Positions 43,027 to 51,690 of a stretch of 64,000 bases of DNA are shown in pieces. The translations under genes were made by a program, and so were the position numbers. The stretch comes from Marmoricola sp. Its GTDB lineage: Bacteria; Actinomycetota; Actinomycetes; Propionibacteriales; Nocardioidaceae. The notes beneath the pieces are model-generated. The model was not told the origin of the DNA. It was given only the letters and a program-made list of their open reading frames with translations, and did not search any database. The DNA is taken from assembly GCA_036261595.1 (NCBI GenBank), contig DATAKN010000118.1, positions 3,326 through 67,325 of the forward strand. Reading direction: 5' to 3'. Within the stretch, counting starts at the first letter, position 1; each line of letters starts with the position of its first letter.

Positions 43027-44037
43027 TCAGCCGTCGAAGCTGACCCGCACCACGGATGAGCGCGGTCGTGCTTGGCAGGCCAGGATCAGCCCTTCGGCCA
43101 GGTCGGTCTCGTCGAGCACCTGGTTGTGCGCGAGCTCGACCTCGCCGTCGAGGACGACGCACGCGCAGGCCGAACAGTTGCCCTCCCGGCAGGAGAACGG
43201 AGCTGCGACACCGGCCGCGAGCAGCACGTCCAGGAGCATGCCGGTCGAGGGCCAGGCGAGCGCGGTCGTGGTGCCGTCCAGGGTGACCTCGAGGTCGACG
43301 GACCGAGCGGCGTCGTCGGCGACCTCGACCTCGGCGAAGGGATCGCCGTCGATCGAGACGAACCGCTCGACGTGCAGTCGGCTCTCGTCCGCTCCGATGT
43401 CGCGCAGCACGGTCGTCGCCAGGTCCATGAACGGCTGCGGGCCGCAGAGGAAGGCTTCGCGGTCGGCGTACGGGGCGAGGAGGGCGCGTAGGGACGCCGG
43501 TCGCGGGAGGCCCTGCACCGACTCCAGCCAGTGCACCACGCCGAACCGTTCGGCGTGCTCCTCGGCCAGCGACGCGAGCAGGTCACGGAAGATCACCGAC
43601 GCCTCGTCGCGATTGGCGTAGACCAGCTGCACCCGGCCGCGGCCGGCTCGCAGCACGGACTTGGCGATCGAGAGCACGGGCGTGATGCCACTCCCGGCCG
43701 CGAGCAGCAGCAGGTCTGCGTCCAGGTCGCGCGGCACGAACGTCCCGGCCGGCCGGAGCACGTCCAGCTCGGTCCCCGCGACCACGTGGTCGCAGATCCA
43801 GTTGGATGCGAAGCCGCCGGCGGTGCGCTTGACCGTGATCGCGGGCCGGTCGTCCCCGTGCGGCGAGGTGCAGAGCGAGTAGCAGCGGGCGGCCCCCTGT
43901 GCCTGCGCGGTGGGCACCCTCACGGTGAGGAACTGGCCCGGGGCGTACTGGAGCGCGTCCCCGGACACGGGCTCGATCACCAGCGTGTGCGCGTCCGCGG
44001 TCTCGCGGACCACCTCCAGCACCCGGACCCGCGGCAT
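43027..44037 (-). CDS. kshB: 3-ketosteroid 9alpha-hydroxylase reductase subunit
   Basis: RCYSL, AAGSGITP, FLCGP and C-terminal [2Fe-2S] SCREGNCSAC...LACQ. Confidence 0.9.
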   Translation of the reverse strand: MPRVRVLEVVRETADAHTLVIEPVSGDALQYAPGQFLTVRVPTAQAQGAARCYSLCTSPHGDDRPAITVKRTAGGFASNWICDHVVAGTELDVLRPAGTFVPRDLDADLLLLAAGSGITPVLSIAKSVLRAGRGRVQLVYANRDEASVIFRDLLASLAEEHAERFGVVHWLESVQGLPRPASLRALLAPYADREAFLCGPQPFMDLATTVLRDIGADESRLHVERFVSIDGDPFAEVEVADDAARSVDLEVTLDGTTTALAWPSTGMLLDVLLAAGVAAPFSCREGNCSACACVVLDGEVELAHNQVLDETDLAEGLILACQARPRSSVVRVSFDG

Positions 44038-44040
44038 GGC

Positions 44041-45705
44041 TCAGTCCGCCTCGCCGGCTGCCGCGTGCCGGGCAGCGAGGTAGCCGAAGACCATCGCCGG
44101 CCCGATCGTGGCGCCGGGGCCGGCGTACTCGTTGGCCATCAACGACGCGCTGGTGTTGCCGGTCGCGTACAGGCCGCCGATCACCGAGCCGTCCTCGCGC
44201 AGCACCCGGGAGTGCTCGTCGCAGACCAGACCGCCCTTGGTGCCCAGGTCGCCGATCTGGATCCGGACCGCGTAGAACGGCGCCCGGTCGATGACGTCGA
44301 GATTCGGGTTCGGCAGCGTCGGGTCGCCGTAGTACCGGTCGTGCGCGGAGGCACCGCGCCCGAAGTCCCGATCGGTCCCGGAGCGGGCGAACTCGTTGAA
44401 CCGCTCGACGGTGGCGGTCAGCGCGGCGGCCGGTACGCCGATCGCCTCCGCCAGGTCGCCGATCGTGTCGGCCCGATGCACCGTGCCGGCGTCGTAGTAC
44501 TCCTGCGGAAACGGCCGCCTGGGCAGGATCTGGGCGAACGGGTACCGGGACCGCGCCCGAGCGTCCATGACGAACCAGGCCGGGTCGTGCTTGCCGGCGA
44601 GCTGGTCGTGCACGAAGTTCACGTACGGCGACGCCTCGTTGGTGAAGCGCCGGCCGTCGGCGGACACGATCACGTGGCCGGGGATGGCGCGCTCGGACAC
44701 CAGCGGGATGGTCGCACCGGCCGGGTGCTCGAGCGACGGCATCCACCACGCGTCGTCCATGAAGTCGAGCGCCGCGCCCAGCCGCTGCCCGATGAGGATG
44801 CCGTCGCCGGTGTTCTCGCGGGCACCCAGACTGTGGTCCGGCTGCGCGACGTCGGGCAGGAAGGCCTCGCGCATCACCGGATTGTGCTCGAACCCGCCGC
44901 AGGCGAGGAGCACGCCGCGTCTGGCACCGACCCGCACCGGCTCGCCCTCGCGATCCACGACAGCACCAACCACTCGGCCGTTCTCGACCACCAGCTCGGT
45001 CATCGGCGTCCGCAGCCACAACGGGATGCCGGCGTCCTTGAGCATCATCCGCAGCCGCGCGACCAAGGCCCGGCCACCGGTCGCCATGTGCCGGCGGCGG
45101 ACGACGTTGGACGACACCCGCCACGCCGCGACCACCGACGCCCACCGGCCGCGCCAGGTGCGCTTGACCATGGCCAGGTCGTGGTAGTCCTTGGCCGTCA
45201 CCCACAGCCCGAGCGGGCCCTTCAGGCTGTTGGGCCGCTGGTACTGCTCGTCCTCCCCGAGCTTGCGGGTGTCGAACGGCTCGGGCTCGACCGACCGGCC
45301 GAGCGGGCGGCCGCCGTCGTACTCGGGGTGGTAGTCGGCGTAGCCCCGCGTCCAGGCCAGCTCCATCCACCGGGACCGCTCGAGCAGCTCCATCGTCGCC
45401 GGACCGTGGTCGACGTACGCGTCCAGACGGGCGGCGGGCACCTTGCCCTCGGTCAGCACGTCGAGGTAGCGGCGGATCGACTCCCGCGAGTCGGCATGCC
45501 CATGGCGACGCAGCGTCGGGTTGTTCGGGATCCAGATGCCTCCGCCGGAGATCGCCGTGCTGCCGCCGTACCGCTTGCCCTTCTCGACGACGAGCGCGCT
45601 GAGCCCGCCGTCATGCGCCGCGAGCGCTGCGGTCATGCCGCCACCGCCGGACCCGACGACGAGGAAGTCGACCTCGTGGTCCCACCCCAGGTGAGCCCCG
45701 GTCAT
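44041..45705 (-). CDS. kstD: 3-ketosteroid Delta1-dehydrogenase
   Basis: VVGSGGGG, STAISGGGIWIP, YADYHP, GDLGTKGG, YAGPGATIGPAM; ATGA overlap with hsaD. Confidence 0.9.
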   Translation of the reverse strand: MTGAHLGWDHEVDFLVVGSGGGGMTAALAAHDGGLSALVVEKGKRYGGSTAISGGGIWIPNNPTLRRHGHADSRESIRRYLDVLTEGKVPAARLDAYVDHGPATMELLERSRWMELAWTRGYADYHPEYDGGRPLGRSVEPEPFDTRKLGEDEQYQRPNSLKGPLGLWVTAKDYHDLAMVKRTWRGRWASVVAAWRVSSNVVRRRHMATGGRALVARLRMMLKDAGIPLWLRTPMTELVVENGRVVGAVVDREGEPVRVGARRGVLLACGGFEHNPVMREAFLPDVAQPDHSLGARENTGDGILIGQRLGAALDFMDDAWWMPSLEHPAGATIPLVSERAIPGHVIVSADGRRFTNEASPYVNFVHDQLAGKHDPAWFVMDARARSRYPFAQILPRRPFPQEYYDAGTVHRADTIGDLAEAIGVPAAALTATVERFNEFARSGTDRDFGRGASAHDRYYGDPTLPNPNLDVIDRAPFYAVRIQIGDLGTKGGLVCDEHSRVLREDGSVIGGLYATGNTSASLMANEYAGPGATIGPAMVFGYLAARHAAAGEAD

Positions 45706-46589
45706 CGCGCGTCCTCGCCGCGGAGGAGGAACGCCAACACGGTGCTCTCCCAGGCCGACTTCTGCTCGATCATCACCCAGTGTCCGCAGTGGGGGAACAC
45801 GTGCAGCTCGACGTCGGGAATGGTGCGCATCGGCAGCAGCGCCATGTCCACCGGGCTGACCCGGTCGTCGCGTCCCCAGGTGAGCAGCGTCCGGGCGCGG
45901 ATCTTGTGCAGCATCGCCCAGTACGGCGGCTCGTCGGACGCGGCGGCTGCCTTGGCCACGGCCTCCAGGACGCCGCGGCCGTACATCCGCCGAGCACTCG
46001 CGAGGGTGTCGGGATCGGTCGCCTGGGCCCACCGCTGCTCGATCAGCTCCTCGGTGACCAGCGCGGGATCGAAGACCATCGACTCCAGCCACTGCACCAG
46101 GCGCTCACGCGTCGGGTCCTCGGTGAACTCCACGAGCAGCTTGATGCCTTCGCCGGGAGCCGGGCTGACGATGTTCCGACCCATGCCGCCCACGGTCACC
46201 AGCCGGCGCACCCGGTCCGGCTGCGCGATGGCGAACCGCGTCCCGACGATGCCGCCCATCGAGTTGCCGATGAGGTCGACGCGGTCGAGCTCCAGGGCGT
46301 CGAGCAGGTCGCCGACGGCCGGGAACGCCGCTGCCATCGGGTGCTGGTCGGTCGGGTCACTGACCCCGAAGCCGGGGAACTCCAGCACCAGGCACCGGAA
46401 GTGCGGCGCGAACGCGACGAGGTTGTCGCCGAAGTTCCGCCAGCCCGTGACCCCGGGTCCCGATCCGTGCAGCATCAGCAACGGCGGTCCGTCGCCCGCC
46501 TCGTGGTAGCGCAGCACGCCGCGAGAGGTCTCGACCTCGCGCAGCGTCCCGTCGCGGGTCAGGTCGATCTCGCTCGTCTGTCCACTCAC
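45702..46589 (-). CDS. hsaD: Meta-cleavage product hydrolase (HsaD/BphD family)
   Basis: LHGSGPG, GNSMGG, WGRDDRV, CGHW; GTG lies 6 nt after -10 TACTGT. Confidence 0.85.
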   Translation of the reverse strand: MSGQTSEIDLTRDGTLREVETSRGVLRYHEAGDGPPLLMLHGSGPGVTGWRNFGDNLVAFAPHFRCLVLEFPGFGVSDPTDQHPMAAAFPAVGDLLDALELDRVDLIGNSMGGIVGTRFAIAQPDRVRRLVTVGGMGRNIVSPAPGEGIKLLVEFTEDPTRERLVQWLESMVFDPALVTEELIEQRWAQATDPDTLASARRMYGRGVLEAVAKAAAASDEPPYWAMLHKIRARTLLTWGRDDRVSPVDMALLPMRTIPDVELHVFPHCGHWVMIEQKSAWESTVLAFLLRGEDAR

Positions 46590-46631
46590 GCTGCGACAGT
46601 AGGAAGCATCGGAGCCGATCCGGGCCGACCA

Positions 46632-46646
46632 TCCCGATCAGCGGGA
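46632..46646. promoter_or_regulatory. Regulon box 9 (TCCCGATCAGCGGGA), symmetric bidirectional hsaD/hsaB promoter
   Basis: 43 nt from GTG 46589 and 44 nt from ATG 46690; TACTGT and TACGGT -10 boxes on the two sides. Confidence 0.8.
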
Positions 46647-46689
46647 GACCGGGCCCGGTGCCATGCGCCTCTCCTCCTACGGTCGGCGC

Positions 46690-47246
46690 ATGAGCGCACC
46701 TGCCGTTGACCTCGGGACGTCTGCTGAGGGCGTGACACCGGAGCTGATGCGCGCCGCGATGGGCTGCTTCGCCACCGGCGTCACGGTGGTGACCGGGCTG
46801 GCCGACGGCGAGCCGGTCGGGTTCGCCTGTCAGTCGTTCGCCTCGGTGTCGCTCGACCCTCCGCTGGTGCTGTTCTGCGCCGACCACAGGGGCCGGAGCT
46901 GGCCACGGATCCGGACGTCGGGCGGTTCACCGTCAACGTGCTCGGCGAGGACCAGGTCGACCTGTGCGACCGCTTCGGGTCGAGCCGGGGACGGCGCTTC
47001 GACGGTCTGGACTGGACGCGGTCGCGGTGGGGTACGCCGTCGCTGCCCGACGCCTTGATGCGGGTCCACGCCGAGGTCGAGGACGTCCACGTCGCCGGCG
47101 ACCACGACGTCGTCATCGGCCGCGTCCGCGAGCTCGAGCGCTCCGAGGACGGGCGCCCGCTGCTGTTCTTCCGCGGCACGTTCGGCGTCGAGACGCCCAC
47201 GGTCACGGCACCCACGCGGTGGGGCTTCGGCGACCGCTGGGGCTGA
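46690..47246 (+). pseudogene. hsaB: Flavin reductase HsaB with a 1-bp frameshift near 46921 (pseudogene or sequencing error)
   Basis: First frame gives FATGVTVVT...SVSLDPPLV...WPRIRTSG. The second frame continues [11 protein letters not shown]...AGDHDVVIGRV...PLLFFRG. Adding one base at tcggg restores a 185-aa ORF. Confidence 0.8.
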
Positions 47247-47252
47247 CCGGCG

Positions 47253-48185
47253 TCAGAACCAGTCGCCGGACTCCGTCGCCGCGAGCATCCGGTCGATCGC
47301 CTGCGGCGACCAGGCGCCACCTGCGCCGGCGGCTGCCTTACGTGCGGACCGGCGTACGGCTCCTGCGGGAGCGTCCGCCTCCGGCCGCAGTGACGGAAAG
47401 AGCGCACCGGTGACGGTGCGCGCGGCGTCGACGACCAGCGGCGCGACCCGCTCGAGCGGCGTCCGGGCGTCACCGACCAGCGAGATCGCCGCGACGGGAC
47501 CCTCCGGTCCGCGCACCGCGGCGGCCACGCAGGAGATCTCCGGGAAGCACTCGCCGCGCTCGAAGGACAGGCCACGCCGGGCGCGGATCCTGCGCAGCTC
47601 CTGGTGCAGGGTCGTGACGTCGCAGATGGTGCGGCTGGTCTTCCGGCCGAGGGCGGGCACCACCAGGCACTCGACCTCCTCGGCGGACAACCAGGCCAGC
47701 ATCGCCTTGCCGAGCGCGGTGCAGTGCGCCGGTGCGCGACCGCCGACGCGGGACGGGACGGCGGCGGCGAAGCGACCGCCGACCTTGTCCAGGTATCGCA
47801 CCTCAGCGCCGTCGAGAACAGCGAGGTGGACCACCAGGCCGGTCCTGATCTGCAGGTCGTGGAGCGGGCCCGCCGCTGCCTCTCGCAGCTCGAGGTGGCC
47901 GCCGGCGTTGCCGCCCAGGCCCAGCGAGCGCGCGCCCAGCGCGTAGCCGAACGACGAGTGCGAGAGCCACTCGAGCCGGACGAGCTGGTCGAGGATCCGG
48001 TGCGCCGTGGAGCGCGGGAGGTGCGTGGCCCGCGCGACCTGCTCGAGAGTGAGCCGGGTGCTGGGCGACTCGAACGCGTCGAGGATCAGCGTCATTCGCT
48101 CCACCATCGACGGCGGCAGGCCCGGCCGCTCGGTCGCGCGCTCCGGCGCCATCGTCTCGTCCGCCCCCACGGCCAGAACCGACAT
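47253..48185 (-). CDS. IclR-family transcriptional regulator
   Basis: HTH LEQVARATHLPRSTAHRIL; PAHCTALGKAMLA; CVAAAV. Confidence 0.92.
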   Translation of the reverse strand: MSVLAVGADETMAPERATERPGLPPSMVERMTLILDAFESPSTRLTLEQVARATHLPRSTAHRILDQLVRLEWLSHSSFGYALGARSLGLGGNAGGHLELREAAAGPLHDLQIRTGLVVHLAVLDGAEVRYLDKVGGRFAAAVPSRVGGRAPAHCTALGKAMLAWLSAEEVECLVVPALGRKTSRTICDVTTLHQELRRIRARRGLSFERGECFPEISCVAAAVRGPEGPVAAISLVGDARTPLERVAPLVVDAARTVTGALFPSLRPEADAPAGAVRRSARKAAAGAGGAWSPQAIDRMLAATESGDWF

Positions 48186-48212
48186 GCTCGCTCCCCTGCT
48201 GCCTGCTCAAAA

Positions 48213-48235
48213 CTGAAAACATTTATGGTTTTCAG
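48213..48235. promoter_or_regulatory. AT-rich palindromic operator at the iclR promoter
   Basis: CTGAAAAC-atttatg-GTTTTCAG; the minus strand has TTGACG (48266-48261) and TACCGT (48241-48236) just upstream. Confidence 0.7.
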
Positions 48236-48293
48236 ACGGTAACACGGTCGCCGCCGCCGCCGTCAAGATCCGGATGCGACTCATGCGCACGGT

Positions 48294-48308
48294 TTCCGGT
48301 CACCGGGA
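48294..48308. promoter_or_regulatory. Regulon box 10 (TTCCGGTCACCGGGA)
   Basis: 43 nt before ATG 48351. Confidence 0.75.
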
Positions 48309-48350
48309 GCCGCCCGGCTGCCGGCGAGCCCGAGCGGGTACTCATGGACC

Positions 48351-49214
48351 ATGCAGATCGGCATCGTCAGCCCCGTGGTCACCCGCGTGCCCGGAGCGCA
48401 CGGGTCGTGGGAGCTCGGCGCGGGGATCGGCGAGCTGGCCCAGATCGCCGAGCACGCCGACCGCCTGGGGTTCCACCACCTCACCTGCAGCGAGCACGTC
48501 GCCGTCCCCGCGGACGTCGCCGAGCAGCGCGGGGCGACGTACTGGGATCCGCTCGCGACCTTCGGCTACCTCGCCGCGCGCACCACGCAGATCCGGCTGG
48601 CCACGCAGGTGCTCGTGCTCGGCTACCACCACCCGCTCGAGATCGCGAAGCGCTACGGCACGCTCGACCTGGTCAGCGGCGGCCGGCTCGTGCTCGGCGT
48701 CGGGGTCGGCTCGCTGCAGGAGGAGTTCGAGCTGCTCGGGGCGGCGTACGACGGCCGCGGCGCGATCGCCGACGACGCCCTGGCCGCGCTGCGGGCCTCG
48801 CTCTCGGAGCGCACACCGTCCTACCGGGGCACGCACTACGACTACGACGGGCTCGTGGTCGAGCCGCACGCGGTCCAGGCGCGAGTGCCGCTCTGGGTCG
48901 GCGGCCGGACCCGGCGGTCACTGCGGAGGGCCGTCGAGCTGGGCGACGGCTGGGTGCCGTTCGGGCTCCCCCTGGACGAACTGCGGACGATGCTCGACGA
49001 AGCGTCGCCCGGGCACGACTTCGAGGTGGTGCTCTCCGCGGGGCGTCCGCTCGACCCCGCGAACGACCCGGCCGGCGTACGGGCGCGGCTCGAGCGGGTG
49101 CACGACGCCGGCGCCACCGTCATCAGTGCCAGCATCAGCGCGACGTCGGCCGACGACTACTGCGACCAGCTGGCCGCCGTGGCCGAGCTGGCGGACCTGA
49201 CGAGTGGAGACTGA
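48351..49214 (+). CDS. LLM-class F420-dependent oxidoreductase
   Basis: CSEHVAVP, DPLATFGYLAA, TLDLVSGGRLVLGVGVG, WVGG, GDGW. Confidence 0.85.
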   Translation: MQIGIVSPVVTRVPGAHGSWELGAGIGELAQIAEHADRLGFHHLTCSEHVAVPADVAEQRGATYWDPLATFGYLAARTTQIRLATQVLVLGYHHPLEIAKRYGTLDLVSGGRLVLGVGVGSLQEEFELLGAAYDGRGAIADDALAALRASLSERTPSYRGTHYDYDGLVVEPHAVQARVPLWVGGRTRRSLRRAVELGDGWVPFGLPLDELRTMLDEASPGHDFEVVLSAGRPLDPANDPAGVRARLERVHDAGATVISASISATSADDYCDQLAAVAELADLTSGD

Positions 49215-49215
49215 C

Positions 49216-49707
49216 ATGGACCGGATCGCCGAGCTGGAGGCGCGGCTGCGCCACCTCGAGGACGAGCGCGACATCAGGCAGCTGGTCGCGGCGTACGGAC
49301 CGCTGGTCGACGCCGGCGCCGCCCCCGAGGTCGCCGAGCTCTGGACCAGCGACGGCGTCTACGACGTCGACGAGGTCTACCTCGAGGGGCACGATCAGCT
49401 CGCCGCCATGGTGCTCTCGAAGGCCCACCAGTCGTGGATCCAGGCGGGGTGCGCCCACGTCGTCGGGCCGGTCCACGTGACCATCGACGGCGACCGCGCC
49501 GTCGCGGTCGGGCACTCGCTGATGGTCGTGCAGGAGGACGGTCACTTTGTCGTCCGGCGCGCCACCGCCAACCACTGGGACCTCGTCCGCACTCAGGAGG
49601 GGTGGCGAGCCTCCCGGCGGACCAGCCGCGTCCTCGACGGGCGGGCGGAGTCCCCTGCACTCCTGGCCGCGGGCGCGCGGGGCGAGGAGGCGCCGGTCGC
49701 GGACTGA
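49216..49707 (+). CDS. NTF2-like/SnoaL_4 family protein
   Basis: LEARLRHLEDERDIRQLVAAYG...VD...WTSDG...HVV...IDGDRA...WDLVRTQEGW. Confidence 0.8.
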   Translation: MDRIAELEARLRHLEDERDIRQLVAAYGPLVDAGAAPEVAELWTSDGVYDVDEVYLEGHDQLAAMVLSKAHQSWIQAGCAHVVGPVHVTIDGDRAVAVGHSLMVVQEDGHFVVRRATANHWDLVRTQEGWRASRRTSRVLDGRAESPALLAAGARGEEAPVAD

Positions 49708-49721
49708 CGACCGGGCCCCGG

Positions 49722-50972
49722 TCAGGCGGAGGTGCCGCCGAGCCAGGCGAGCGCGGCGACGACCATGGCCTCGGTGCCGGTGTCCAGCGTGGGCTGGATG
49801 ACGGGCGCGAACGTGGCGGAGTGGTTGACGGGGATGTCCTGGGAGACGCGGCCCGCCTGTTCGGCGGCGCGGTAGACGTCGGCGTCGATCCCGCCGATGC
49901 CCCAGTAGGTGTAGGGGATCCCGAGCTCTTTCGGGATGTCGCTGAAGTCCTCGCTGGCGCTCTGCTGGGGCAACGTGCCGGCCCGGTCTGCGAAGAAGGA
50001 ACCGAACGCCTCGGCGACCCGGGCGGTGACGTCGGCGTCGTTGTCGGTGAGCGGGTAGCGGTCGAACAGCTCGAACTCGGGATCCCGGGGCGACCCCGAG
50101 GCGGCGCACTCGGCGCGGACGATGCGCTCGATCGCGTCGAGAACCGCGGTGCGGGTGTGGTCGTCGTACGTGCGGACGTTGAGCTGCAACACGGCGTGGT
50201 CGGGGATGACGTTGCTCTTCGTGCCGGCCTGCACGCTGCCGACGGTGAGGACCGCGGTGTCGCCCGGTGCCACCTCGCGGGCCACCACGGTCTGGAGGCG
50301 GACTACGATCATGGCCGCCAGCACGACCGGATCGACCGCAGCCTGCGGCATGGACCCGTGGGCTCCGCGGCCGTGCACGGTGATCCGCATGCTGTCCGCG
50401 GCGGACAGCGTCGGCCCCGGGCGGGTGAGCACACTCCCGGCGGCGTAGGGCAGCACGTGCTGGGCCATCGCGACGTCGGCCTTCCCGACGAGGCCTGCCA
50501 GTCCGTCGTCGAGCATGCTCCTGGCCCCGTCGGCGGTCTCCTCCGCGGGCTGGAAGACCGCGACCAGGGTGCCGGCCCACTGGTCGGTGGCCCGTGCCAG
50601 CAGGGTCGTCGCGCCGAGCAGGCAGGTGACGTGGACGTCGTGACCGCATGCGTGCATGACCGGGGACCCGTCGTCCGCGATCTGCGTGCTCGCGTACGGC
50701 AGACCGGTCTGCTCGTGCACCGGGAGGGCATCCATGTCCGCGCGCAGCACCACCGTGGGCCCGTCGCCGTTGCGGACGATCCCGACCACGCCGGTGCCAC
50801 CGACTCCCGAGTGAACCTCGCAGCCGGCCTCGCGCAGCCGAGCCGCGACGTTCTCCCCGGTGCGGTGCTCGGCGTGCGGCAGCTCGGGGTGGGCATGCAG
50901 GTCGCGGTAGAAGTCCTCCTGCCAGCCACGGACGGTATCGAGGCGCTGGAGCACGGTAGCTGCTGAGGTCAT
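49722..50972 (-). CDS. M20D amidohydrolase (hippurate/aminoacyl hydrolase-like)
   Basis: HAHPEL, RADMDALP, MHACGHD, QPAEE, SEDF. Confidence 0.9.
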   Translation of the reverse strand: MTSAATVLQRLDTVRGWQEDFYRDLHAHPELPHAEHRTGENVAARLREAGCEVHSGVGGTGVVGIVRNGDGPTVVLRADMDALPVHEQTGLPYASTQIADDGSPVMHACGHDVHVTCLLGATTLLARATDQWAGTLVAVFQPAEETADGARSMLDDGLAGLVGKADVAMAQHVLPYAAGSVLTRPGPTLSAADSMRITVHGRGAHGSMPQAAVDPVVLAAMIVVRLQTVVAREVAPGDTAVLTVGSVQAGTKSNVIPDHAVLQLNVRTYDDHTRTAVLDAIERIVRAECAASGSPRDPEFELFDRYPLTDNDADVTARVAEAFGSFFADRAGTLPQQSASEDFSDIPKELGIPYTYWGIGGIDADVYRAAEQAGRVSQDIPVNHSATFAPVIQPTLDTGTEAMVVAALAWLGGTSA

Positions 50973-50980
50973 GCCTTCCA

Positions 50981-51616
50981 TCATGCGTCGCGCCTGGTGC
51001 CCGGCGGTCCGGGCGCGTCGATGCCGTAGTGCACGCCGAGCATGCGGATGGTGAAGCACACGACCGCAGCGACCACCGCGGAGGGGAGGCCGGGCAGTCC
51101 GGCTTGGTCGCCGAGGACGGCGAGGAGGGCCCCCACCAGTGCCGGGATCGCATACAGGCCGCTGCTCAGCACCGCGGGGACCTCGCGGATCAGCACGTCA
51201 CGCAGCGTCCCGCCGCCGACCCCGGTGACAGCCCCGAGGATCACCGCCTGCGCGGGGCCGACCCCGAGGTCCAGCCCCTTGAGCGCACCGGCGACCGCGA
51301 ACAGGCTCAACCCGGCGGCGTCCAGCACGTTGATCGGCATCGCGAGCCGGTCCAGCTCGCGCCCGAACACGAACGCCACCAGGCTGCCTCCCGCGGCAAC
51401 GGTCAGGTAGCGCCAGTCCTGGAACGTCGCCGGCGGCAGCGCACCGAGCAGGATGTCGCGGATCATCCCGCCGCCGAGCGCGGTGAACATCCCGAGCGTC
51501 ACCACCCCGACGATGTCGAGCCGCGCGACCCGGATGGCCGTCAGCGCACCGTTCAACCCGAACGCAAAGGTGCCGGTCAGGTCGAGGGCCAGGAACACCG
51601 GCGACGTCGTGTCCAC
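50981..51616 (-). CDS. UPF0126/TRIC-family membrane protein
   Basis: Duplicated TALGGGMIRD / TGVGGGTLRD motif; DAAGLSLF. Confidence 0.88.
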   Translation of the reverse strand: MDTTSPVFLALDLTGTFAFGLNGALTAIRVARLDIVGVVTLGMFTALGGGMIRDILLGALPPATFQDWRYLTVAAGGSLVAFVFGRELDRLAMPINVLDAAGLSLFAVAGALKGLDLGVGPAQAVILGAVTGVGGGTLRDVLIREVPAVLSSGLYAIPALVGALLAVLGDQAGLPGLPSAVVAAVVCFTIRMLGVHYGIDAPGPPGTRRDA

Positions 51617-51690
51617 GGCTCAGTGTCTACCCGAGCGGCGGGCGACAACTCCTCGCCGCGCGCCGGTGTGTCGGCCGGGTGTGCTGGACC

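Noticed and set aside
46915-46930. Programmed ribosomal frameshift in hsaB
   Set aside because: No slippery heptamer or evident stimulatory structure; an indel error or mutation is more parsimonious
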